In this document: in pieces, positions 1 through 8,231 of the stretch
Layout of the letters: each line of letters starts with the position of its first letter
Position numbering within the stretch: the first letter of the stretch is position 1
NCBI GenBank assembly: GCA_949538735.1
Contig: CATGLK010000002.1
Coordinates: 46,145 to 110,144, forward strand
Source of the DNA: an uncultured Clostridia bacterium
GTDB taxonomy: Bacteria > Bacillota > Clostridia > TANB77 > CAG-508
Length of the DNA: 64,000 bases
Direction of reading: 5' to 3'
Position numbers and translations under genes: made by a program
The notes under the pieces: model-generated
The model's input: the letters and a program-made list of their open reading frames with translations, nothing else
The model's database searches: none
What the model was told of the DNA's origin: nothing

Positions 1-1796
1 TTGCCTGCTAGGGCTTGTGCTATTCTTTGAATAACTACTCCTTTTGTGACTGGCAAATTTGTCTCTTTTAACTCAAATACATTAATTCCCAAATGTCCAT
101 CGGCTGGAATAATTGATATTACAGATATGTCTTTAAAATCCGTTAAATGTTCTTGATGTAATAAAAAGTGACCAGTTTCATGATATGAAGTTCCCATTAA
201 TTGTTTTGGATACATTTTTTTGAACTTTTTATATTTTTCAAATGCTTCCACATTTGCCTCATCAATGCATTCATTGTCCAAAACATTTTTACCATTTTCT
301 TTGGCTATAACCATAGCATTATCTAAAAGTTCAACTATTCTTGCAGGCTTAGGAATATAGTAATTAAAAGATGCCGACTGCGAGATAATATATTCAAAGC
401 TTTCTTTCCTGACTTTTACATCATGAAATTTTTCAAGCACTGCCTTTTTCCCCTGTAACATTTGCCACAAGTCTTCGTCTTTCGGCTCAGAAATATTGAT
501 TTTTACAAATCTCCTTTTTAAAGGTTCATCTGGTTCAATCCACTTCATATATTCTTTTTCGGTAGTTGCTCCTATAATAGAAGTTTTTCCACTAGTTAAA
601 AGTGGTTTTAATGCATTTGCAAAGTCGTGTGAACTATTTGATCCTCTTCCAGCGCCAACGATACTATGAATTTCGTCAATTGCTAAAATAACCTTTGGAT
701 GAGTTTCTAAATATTCAGAGAGTTTTGCAAATTTTTCTTGAGATTGACCAACATATTTTGTATTAGATAAGAATATATTAATGTCCAAATACAAAATAAT
801 TTTTCCCTTTAATGCTTTAGGACAATCACCTTTAATGAGATGCTCTTGAATTCCTTCAAACATTGCCGTTTTTCCTACTCCGCCTGCTCCTGTAAAAATA
901 ATGTTTTTACAAGTCATTTTTTGCAGAATAGAAAATGATTTTTTTATTTCTTTGTCCCGACCCAAAATTGTATAATTTTTGTCCTTAGTAAATTCTGGAC
1001 ATAACAATTTGAGGAAATCTGGTGCTTCAGCCATAATATTGTCTAAACCTAAATTTGAATCTTCTTTGAAAGGTGTAATTTCAAACTTTGTTTGTTCATC
1101 TTCTTTTGAACAATGACTACGCCAATTTTTTAATGATGATTGTACATAATTTTTCTCTGAAAATACATCTCTTAATTTGTAGAATTCAGTAAAATACAAT
1201 TTTTCACCAAATTCAAACGGTTTAGCAATAGGTTTAGCAAATAAATAATCCCAAATAAAATTTGGATGTTGAACTAGACTTACTAGAAGTGCTTCAAAGT
1301 CAATTTGATTATTTTCTACAATTGCACGTGAAGAAATTTTTTCTGCATAAGCTAGTATTGTCTTAACTTCTGCTGAATATGTTTCTTTATATGAAGGTAC
1401 TTCATATGTCAATTCTTGATTAATATAAGTACCAATACTATAATTATTATTAGGAAATCTTTCAGAATAATAATTGTTCAATGCCTCTTCAGAAATATTT
1501 GCAAAGTTCTTGTAATCAGCTTCAATTTTTGTTACAAAAAAATTAAAATACTTTTTTAACGCTTCTTCTCGTTCTAAATTCAACTTTTGGTTATGCTTAA
1601 TATAGAATGGGGAAAATAGGTTGTTTACAAATAAATATCTTAGTAATTCATTGTTTTCTCCAAACTCTACCAGTATTGTTTTTAACAAAAAATCTGAAGT
1701 TAGACCACAAATTCCTGTTAAATCCTCATACCGTTTTGTTGCTGTTTCCAAAATAGTAGATACTTGTTCGGTTGTGTTATAAATTTTGGTTTTCAT
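1..1796 (-). CDS. AAA+ ATPase, Clp/ClpB-like D1 domain with C-terminal HExxH motif; partial (3' end beyond window start)
   Basis: Minus-strand ORF running off the window edge. Motifs read from sequence: Walker A GAGGVGKT, ILAIDEIHSIVGAG, IIGATTEKEY, ILGRDKEI and HETGHFL. RBS GTAGGAGG precedes the ATG at 1796. Confidence 0.55.
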   Translation of the reverse strand, partial: MKTKIYNTTEQVSTILETATKRYEDLTGICGLTSDFLLKTILVEFGENNELLRYLFVNNLFSPFYIKHNQKLNLEREEALKKYFNFFVTKIEADYKNFANISEEALNNYYSERFPNNNYSIGTYINQELTYEVPSYKETYSAEVKTILAYAEKISSRAIVENNQIDFEALLVSLVQHPNFIWDYLFAKPIAKPFEFGEKLYFTEFYKLRDVFSEKNYVQSSLKNWRSHCSKEDEQTKFEITPFKEDSNLGLDNIMAEAPDFLKLLCPEFTKDKNYTILGRDKEIKKSFSILQKMTCKNIIFTGAGGVGKTAMFEGIQEHLIKGDCPKALKGKIILYLDINIFLSNTKYVGQSQEKFAKLSEYLETHPKVILAIDEIHSIVGAGRGSNSSHDFANALKPLLTSGKTSIIGATTEKEYMKWIEPDEPLKRRFVKINISEPKDEDLWQMLQGKKAVLEKFHDVKVRKESFEYIISQSASFNYYIPKPARIVELLDNAMVIAKENGKNVLDNECIDEANVEAFEKYKKFKKMYPKQLMGTSYHETGHFLLHQEHLTDFKDISVISIIPADGHLGINVFELKETNLPVTKGVVIQRIAQALAG

Positions 1797-1981
1797 ATTG
1801 AACCTCCTACATCATCTTTGATGTTAGGTGTATTATACAGCAATTGCTATTTTATGTCAAGCGATTTGCGGAAGTTGTTAAAGTATCCGCTTTTTACTAT
1901 GTATTTAAAATGCAAATAAAGCTTGAAAAAGTTAGAAAAGTAGAGTATAATAAGGAAAGTAAAAAATAAGGAGAGATAAAA

Positions 1982-3637
1982 ATGGATTATAAAGACTTAG
2001 CAAATTTAATATTCCCAGAAGCAAAAGAAATAACATATTACGAAGAAAAATATCCAAGAAGAAACCTAAAAGAAGGAGCAATAGTAACAAGATACGCACC
2101 AAGTCCAACAGGAGTAATGCACATAGGTGGGCTATATCAAGCACTAGTAGCAAAAAAAATGACAGAACAAACAGAAGGAGTATTTTTCTTAAGAATAGAA
2201 GACACAGACCAAAAAAGAGAAATTGAAAACGGAGTAGAGGGAATAGTAAGCAGTTTAGCAGAATTTGAAATAGAAGCAGACGAAGGAATGACATCAACAA
2301 CAGAGAGCAAAGGAAACTATGGACCATACAAACAATCAGAAAGAAAAGAAATCTATCAAGCATATGCGAAATACCTAATCGAACAAGGAAAAGCATATCC
2401 ATGTTTTTGTACACCAGAACAATTAGACGAAATTAGAAGCAAACAAGAGGCTGCAAAAATAAGACCTGGATACTATGGAGTATGGGCAAAATGCAGAAAT
2501 CATACAGTTGAAGAAGCAGCAGAAAAAATCAAAAATGGAGAAAAATATATAATTCGTTTAAAATCACCAGGAAGAGAAGACAGAAAAATAAGACATAAAG
2601 ATGTAATAAAAGGAAATGTAGAATTTCCAGAAAATGACCAAGATGTAGTAATAATAAAAGCAGACGGATTACCAACATATCATTTTGCACACGCAGTTGA
2701 TGACCACCTAATGGGAACAACACATGTAATTCGTGGAGACGAATGGCTATCATCTGTACCACTACATTTACAATTGTTCCAAGAATTAGGATTTAAAGCA
2801 CCTAAATATGCACATATTGCACCAATTATGAAAAATGACAATGGAAATAAGAGAAAGTTAAGTAAAAGAAAAGATCCAGAAGCTGCAACAAGCTATTATG
2901 AGGAAGAGGGAATTCCAGCACAAGCAGTAAAAGAATACTTATTAAACATAGCAAATTCTACTTTTGAAAACTGGAGAAGAGCAAACCAAGATAAAGATAT
3001 GTGTGAATTCGAACTTCAACTTAATAAAATGAGTGTAAGTGGAGCATTATTTGATATGGTAAAATTACTAGATGTTGGAAAGACAGTAATATCAAAATAT
3101 ACAGCTGAAAGAGTTTACGACGAAGCTTTCAACTGGGCAAAAAAACATGACGAAGAATTAGCCAAAATGCTAGAAGATAAAGAATATGCATTAAAAGTAT
3201 TTGGAATTGAAAGAGGAAATAAAAAGCCTAGAAAAGATATTTCAAAATGGGCAGAAGTAAAAGAAAACATAGAATATATGTATGACGAAAACTTCTATGC
3301 AAAAACACAAGAATATCCATATCAAGTTATAAACGAAAAAGAAGATATAGAGAAAATATTAACTTTATATATCGAAAAATATTATGACGAAAATGATGAT
3401 AAACAAACTTGGTTTGACAAAATAAAAGAACTTGCAGGAGAAATGGGATATGCCAAAGAAGTTAAAGAATTTAAGGCAAACCCAGACGCATACAAAGCTC
3501 ATGTTGGAGATGTTAGTACCTGCCTAAGAGTTGCTTTAACAGCTAGAACTAATACTCCTGATATGTATGAGATTATGAAAGTTCTTGGAAAAGAAAGAAT
3601 TACAAAAAGATTTGAAAAAGCTAAAGAACAATTGTAA
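1982..3637 (+). CDS. gltX: glutamate--tRNA ligase
   Basis: 551 aa. Class I HIGH-type motif (RYAPSPTGVMHIGG) and KLSKRK (KMSKS-type); overall GltX architecture. Confidence 0.9.
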   Translation: MDYKDLANLIFPEAKEITYYEEKYPRRNLKEGAIVTRYAPSPTGVMHIGGLYQALVAKKMTEQTEGVFFLRIEDTDQKREIENGVEGIVSSLAEFEIEADEGMTSTTESKGNYGPYKQSERKEIYQAYAKYLIEQGKAYPCFCTPEQLDEIRSKQEAAKIRPGYYGVWAKCRNHTVEEAAEKIKNGEKYIIRLKSPGREDRKIRHKDVIKGNVEFPENDQDVVIIKADGLPTYHFAHAVDDHLMGTTHVIRGDEWLSSVPLHLQLFQELGFKAPKYAHIAPIMKNDNGNKRKLSKRKDPEAATSYYEEEGIPAQAVKEYLLNIANSTFENWRRANQDKDMCEFELQLNKMSVSGALFDMVKLLDVGKTVISKYTAERVYDEAFNWAKKHDEELAKMLEDKEYALKVFGIERGNKKPRKDISKWAEVKENIEYMYDENFYAKTQEYPYQVINEKEDIEKILTLYIEKYYDENDDKQTWFDKIKELAGEMGYAKEVKEFKANPDAYKAHVGDVSTCLRVALTARTNTPDMYEIMKVLGKERITKRFEKAKEQL

Positions 3638-3693
3638 TTATAGTAAATTTATAATAGAAGTGTTAGAGTGTAAATAGAAAGGACGAAGATACT

Positions 3694-3882
3694 TTGGAAT
3701 ATAATGTGGGAGATATTGTAAGAACTAAGAAACAACATCCTTGTGGAAGCAAGTTGTGGGAACTAACTAGGGTCGGAGTAGATTTCAAATTGAAATGCCT
3801 AGGTTGTGAACATGTTGTTGTTTTGGAAAGAGAAAAGGCTAAAAAAATAATTACAAAAATAGAGAAAAAAGTTGGCGAATAG
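3694..3882 (+). CDS. DUF951 (YyzM-like) small protein
   Basis: 62 aa with Cys pairs (HPCGS...CLGCEH), typical of the Firmicute DUF951 family. Confidence 0.55.
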   Translation: MEYNVGDIVRTKKQHPCGSKLWELTRVGVDFKLKCLGCEHVVVLEREKAKKIITKIEKKVGE

Positions 3883-3900
3883 CCAACTTTTTTAATGCTT

Positions 3901-4005
3901 TTGGGTGTTTTTGGGGACAGTCCTTAAAAACACCCAATTTTTATTATTCCTAATGGCTAATTTTATTAAAAAGGTGTTTTTTAGGTCTGTCCCCAAAAAC
4001 ACCTT
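3901..4005. repeat. pair of inverted GGGGACAG-core hairpin repeats (GGTGTTTTTGGGGACAGTCC..AAAAACACC), opposite orientations, forming a bidirectional terminator-like structure
   Basis: 3901-3936 and the reverse-complement copy at 3971-4005. Stems GGTGTTTTT/AAAAACACC with GGGGACAG(T/A)CC in the centre. Confidence 0.7.
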
Positions 4006-4009
4006 ATTC

Positions 4010-4183
4010 TTATTTCTTTTTTGAAATTTTATTTTGTTTATGAGATTCTTCTGGAACTACAACATTTTTTGTCTTTTTAGTAGCTGATTTTGGTTTTGCG
4101 TCTTTTATGTTGTCATATACAGGAGAAATATTTAAATTTGAGCTATCACCTGTAACTACTTCTATTTTTTTATTTTCTTCCAT
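4010..4183 (-). CDS. hypothetical small protein (57 aa)
   Basis: Uninterrupted minus-strand ORF MEENKKIEVVTGDSS... with RBS GGAGGT 8 nt upstream. Below the ORF-track size cutoff. Confidence 0.3.
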   Translation of the reverse strand: MEENKKIEVVTGDSSNLNISPVYDNIKDAKPKSATKKTKNVVVPEESHKQNKISKKK

Positions 4184-4375
4184 AAAAAATTACCTCCGAA
4201 ACGATTTTTTTACATCATAACATAAAAAGGGAAATTATACAATACACGAAAGTTAAATAAAATTAAATAGAAGTATTGAAAAAATGCGTAAAATTTGGTA
4301 TATTAACAAATATACAAAGGATATATACTTTTTAAAATTAAAAGATAAAAAAGACTAAAAAGGTTAGGAAGAAAT

Positions 4376-4771
4376 ATGGAAGAGATAGAAAAAGATTTGC
4401 AAATCATAATAAACATATTGAAAGATGAAACAAGCTGTACAGACATAGTGATTTTTGGAAGTTTTGCATTAGGAACACAAAATTCAGAAAGTGACATAGA
4501 TATAGCAATAAGAACAGATAAAGAAATTACCAAAAAAGATATTTTTGAGTTGTCAAATAAATTGTCTGATATCTTAAAAAGAGATATAGATTTAGTGGAT
4601 TTAAAACAAATACAAGATGGTTTCAGATACGAAATTTTAATAAATGGAGAGACAATTTATACAAAAGATGCAATAAATTTTGAATACTACAAGTTAGATA
4701 TGTATAGAGAATATTTGGAGTTAAATGAAAGTAGGCAAGATATAATAAAAAAAATGAAAGAAGGTAAGTAA
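4376..4771 (+). CDS. MNT-type nucleotidyltransferase (antitoxin of HepT/MNT pair)
   Basis: GSFALG...SDIDIAI minimal nucleotidyltransferase motif; immediately followed by a HEPN partner. Confidence 0.75.
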   Translation: MEEIEKDLQIIINILKDETSCTDIVIFGSFALGTQNSESDIDIAIRTDKEITKKDIFELSNKLSDILKRDIDLVDLKQIQDGFRYEILINGETIYTKDAINFEYYKLDMYREYLELNESRQDIIKKMKEGK

Positions 4772-4774
4772 TAA

Positions 4775-5188
4775 ATGGAAAATGAAGCAGTTCTAATTAA
4801 TAAGTTCGAGAGTATCGAAAAGTGTATTAAAAGAATAAATGAAGAATATGAAAACGAACCTCAAAATTTAGAAGATTATAGAAGGCTAGATGCAATTGTG
4901 TTAAACTTGCAAAGAGCGTGTGAATTAGTAACAGATATGGCGATGTATATCGTCTCACACAGAAAATTAGGAGTACCACAAACAAAAAAAGAGGCTTTTA
5001 TAAAATTAGAAGAAAATAGATTAATAGACAACAAGATGAGTGTAAATATGCAGAAAATGATAGGATTTAGAAATATAGCAATACATGATTATAAACAAAT
5101 TGATGAAAAGATATTACAAGATGTTATAGAAAATCATTTAGTTGATTTAACTGATTTTGCAAGGGCAATATTAAATTTAAAAAGATAG
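4775..5188 (+). CDS. HepT/DUF86 HEPN-domain toxin
   Basis: RNIAIHDY (Rx4-6H HEPN motif); 3-nt gap after the MNT gene. Confidence 0.75.
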   Translation: MENEAVLINKFESIEKCIKRINEEYENEPQNLEDYRRLDAIVLNLQRACELVTDMAMYIVSHRKLGVPQTKKEAFIKLEENRLIDNKMSVNMQKMIGFRNIAIHDYKQIDEKILQDVIENHLVDLTDFARAILNLKR

Positions 5189-5215
5189 AAGTACTATAAA
5201 AAAGGAAGAGAAGAA

Positions 5216-5845
5216 ATGGAAATTGAGCAAAAAAAATCAATAATAGAGGCAATACTTTTTGCAGCAGGAAGACCAGTAAGTAAAAATGAGTTTGTACTAG
5301 CGCTTGAGTTACCTGAAGAAGATATTGAGAACATTATAAATAAGATGCAAGAAGAATATAAAAGTGAAAACAGAGGAATAGAACTAATCAAAATAGAAAA
5401 TTCATATCAGTTATGTACAAAAAAATCATTATATGAATATGTCTATCCTGTACTAGACAAAAGAACAAAACCCAATTTGTCAAATGCAGCGCTAGAAACA
5501 TTAGCAATAGTAGCATACAATCCACAAATAACTAGAGCAGAAATAGAAGCAATACGTGGAGTTTCAGCAGATGCGTGTGTATATAAGCTATTAGAATATG
5601 GTTTGATAGAAGAGGCAGGAAAAATTGATTTACCAGGTAAGCCTATGTCATATAAGACAACAAGTGATTTTTTAAGAATGTTTGGTTACAGCTCATTAGA
5701 AGAGTTACCAGAACTTCCAAGATATAAATTAGATGAGAATAAACAAATTGTAATAGATGACCTAATAGAAGGAAATCAAGAGGCTCCAATGCCCGAAAGG
5801 GAAGATGATATGGAAACAGAGCAGAAAATTGAAGAGAATGAATAG
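5216..5845 (+). CDS. scpB: segregation and condensation protein B
   Basis: ScpB winged-helix pattern (IIEAILFAAGRPVS..., LETLAIVAYNPQITRAEIEAIRGV); acidic C-terminal tail. Confidence 0.8.
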   Translation: MEIEQKKSIIEAILFAAGRPVSKNEFVLALELPEEDIENIINKMQEEYKSENRGIELIKIENSYQLCTKKSLYEYVYPVLDKRTKPNLSNAALETLAIVAYNPQITRAEIEAIRGVSADACVYKLLEYGLIEEAGKIDLPGKPMSYKTTSDFLRMFGYSSLEELPELPRYKLDENKQIVIDDLIEGNQEAPMPEREDDMETEQKIEENE

Positions 5846-5860
5846 AAAAGGAGAATAATT

Positions 5861-7144
5861 ATGAAATTATCACAAACAGGAATGGGAACAATAAAATTAA
5901 ACAATATAGACGAAATGTACCCAGGACAAAGTATATTATTACAAACAGGACAATTAGTACAATATGGAGCAGGGCTATTTGCATATAATACAGTGCCATT
6001 ATTAGTAAGAAGAAAAATAGAGCAAATAATTGTAGAGACATTAAACAAATATGGATGTATAGAAGTGTTACTTCCAACATTACAACCTGATACAATATGG
6101 AAAAATTCTGGAAGATATGACCATTATATAAATGACGGAACAATGCTAATTACAGAGAGCAACAAAGGAACATTTTGTTTAGCTCCAACAGGTGAAGAGG
6201 CAATGTTAGAATTTGCAAGAGAAAAATTAAAATCTTACAAAAACTTACCAGTAACATATTATCAAATTGGGGAAAAGGTAAGAAATGAAATAAGAACAAG
6301 GGGATATCTATTAAGAGGAAAATCTTTCCCAATGCTTGACGCATATAGCTTTGATGTTGATACAGAACAAATGGCAAAATCATATGAAAATGTAAGAGCG
6401 GCATTTTTAGAGATATTTGGAATAATAGGTATGAAAGTAATTCCAATTGTAGCTGATAATGGCGCAATGGGTGGAAAGAAATCAGAAGAATTTATGCTAA
6501 TATCAGACCAAGGTGAAGACAAGATTTTATATGATGAAACAACAGGAATAGGATTAAATACAGAAATTCTAGAAAAAGAAAATTATCAAGAATATTTAAA
6601 AGAAGAATATGGAATTGAAGATATATCTAAATTCAAAGAAATAAGAACAATGGAATTAGGACATATATTCCAATTGGGAACTAGATATTCAGAAATGATG
6701 AATGGAAAATTTACAGACAAAGACGGAAAAGAGCAACTTTATTATATGGGATGTTATGGAATAGGTGTAAGTAGAACAGTTGCAGCTTTATATGAACAAT
6801 GTTTGATAAATGACCCAAAATGGGGAGCTTGCGGATTTTCTTTACCTGAGCAAATAGCACCATATAAAGTTCAAATTGTACCAAAAATGGATAATGAAGA
6901 AAAGGTTAAATTAGCAAATGAATTATACGCAGAGCTTCAAAGCCAAGGAATTGGAGCAATATTAGATGATAGAGAAAATTTAAATATTGGTGCTAAGATT
7001 AAAGATTGCAAAGTTTTAGGAACGCCATATTTACTAGTTTTAGGGGATAAACAAGAAGGCGATAATTTTGAATTGGAGAATACTAAAACTGGTGAAAAAA
7101 TTACATTAACTAAGACTGAGTTAATCAATAAATTCAATGCTTAA
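5861..7144 (+). CDS. proS: proline--tRNA ligase (short bacterial type without editing insertion)
   Basis: Class II motif 2 FRNEIRTRGYLLRGKSF and motif 1 region. C-terminal anticodon-binding domain. 427 aa. Confidence 0.75.
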   Translation: MKLSQTGMGTIKLNNIDEMYPGQSILLQTGQLVQYGAGLFAYNTVPLLVRRKIEQIIVETLNKYGCIEVLLPTLQPDTIWKNSGRYDHYINDGTMLITESNKGTFCLAPTGEEAMLEFAREKLKSYKNLPVTYYQIGEKVRNEIRTRGYLLRGKSFPMLDAYSFDVDTEQMAKSYENVRAAFLEIFGIIGMKVIPIVADNGAMGGKKSEEFMLISDQGEDKILYDETTGIGLNTEILEKENYQEYLKEEYGIEDISKFKEIRTMELGHIFQLGTRYSEMMNGKFTDKDGKEQLYYMGCYGIGVSRTVAALYEQCLINDPKWGACGFSLPEQIAPYKVQIVPKMDNEEKVKLANELYAELQSQGIGAILDDRENLNIGAKIKDCKVLGTPYLLVLGDKQEGDNFELENTKTGEKITLTKTELINKFNA

Positions 7145-7153
7145 TTAGTAGTT

Positions 7154-7287
7154 CTGCCAAAGGTTATATATATAATTTTTACCGTTTTCCCCATTCTAAA
7201 AATTCTAACAAAAGTTTTTAACTTTTGAGAATTTTTGAACGGTCCCCACAAACCACTTAAAAAATTATATATATAACCTTTGGCAAG
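7154..7287. repeat. long nested imperfect palindrome (24-bp perfect arms CCAAAGGTTATATATATAATTTTT) containing a GGGGACCG core variant
   Basis: Arms at 7154-7180 and 7262-7287 are exact reverse complements. The interior is itself palindromic around GTTTTTAAC. Confidence 0.7.
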
Positions 7288-7315
7288 ATAATAAATAAAG
7301 AAAGGATAATAGATA

Positions 7316-8221
7316 ATGGGATTTTTCGACAAACTAAAACAAGGAATGAACAAAACGAAAAGTTCATTTGACGAGAAAATAAGCAATGTATTCAAAAGTT
7401 TCAAAAAAGTAGATGAAGATTTTTTAGACGAACTAGAAGAAATACTAATAATGTCAGACATAGGAATGGACACATCAGTAAAAATAATAAACAATTTAAG
7501 AACAAGAATAAAAAAAGAAAAAATACAAGATGAGGAAGACGTTAAAAAAGCACTAAGAGAAGAAATGCAAAAAATCTTAGACATAACAGACATAAGTTTA
7601 CATCTAAATACAAAGCCATCAGTAATACTAGTAGTAGGAGTAAATGGAGTAGGAAAAACAACATCAATAGGAAAAATGGCAAACAGACTAGCAAAAGACG
7701 GAAAAAAAGTAGTAGTTGCAGCAGCAGATACATTTAGAGCAGCAGCAGTTGAGCAACTAGAAATTTGGGCAAAAAGAGCAGGTGCAGACATAGTAAAAAG
7801 AGAAGAAGGTGTAGACCCAGCATCAGTAGTTTATGATGCAATAAAAATAACAAGAGAAAAAAATGCAGATATATTAATTGTAGATACAGCAGGAAGATTG
7901 CACAACAAAAAATACCTAATGGATGAATTGAATAAAATACAAAAAGTAATAAACAAAGAAATGGCAGAAGCAGACAAAGAAGTATTGCTTGTAATAGACG
8001 GAGCAACAGGTCAAAATGCTATTTCTCAAGTAAAAGCTTTTAAAGAAGAAACAAATTTAACAGGACTAGTAATTACAAAATTAGACGGAACAGCAAAAGG
8101 CGGAGTAGCAATAGGAATAGTTGAAGAAAATCAAATTCCAATTAAATTTATTGGGGTTGGAGAACAAATTGATGATATGGAAATTTTCAATTCAGAAGAT
8201 TTTGTAAAAGCTATAATTTAA
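7316..8221 (+). CDS. ftsY: signal recognition particle receptor FtsY
   Basis: GVNGVGKTTSIGKMA (G1), DTAGRLHNK (G3), TKLDGTAKGG (G4). Confidence 0.9.
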   Translation: MGFFDKLKQGMNKTKSSFDEKISNVFKSFKKVDEDFLDELEEILIMSDIGMDTSVKIINNLRTRIKKEKIQDEEDVKKALREEMQKILDITDISLHLNTKPSVILVVGVNGVGKTTSIGKMANRLAKDGKKVVVAAADTFRAAAVEQLEIWAKRAGADIVKREEGVDPASVVYDAIKITREKNADILIVDTAGRLHNKKYLMDELNKIQKVINKEMAEADKEVLLVIDGATGQNAISQVKAFKEETNLTGLVITKLDGTAKGGVAIGIVEENQIPIKFIGVGEQIDDMEIFNSEDFVKAII

Positions 8222-8231
8222 GAAATAAGGG

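Noticed and set aside
1932-2414. 160-aa minus-strand ORF
   Set aside because: It is antisense to gltX. Leu/Phe-rich low complexity.
7141-7791. 216-aa minus-strand ORF
   Set aside because: It is antisense to ftsY and spans the intergenic palindrome. It is low-complexity with no RBS.
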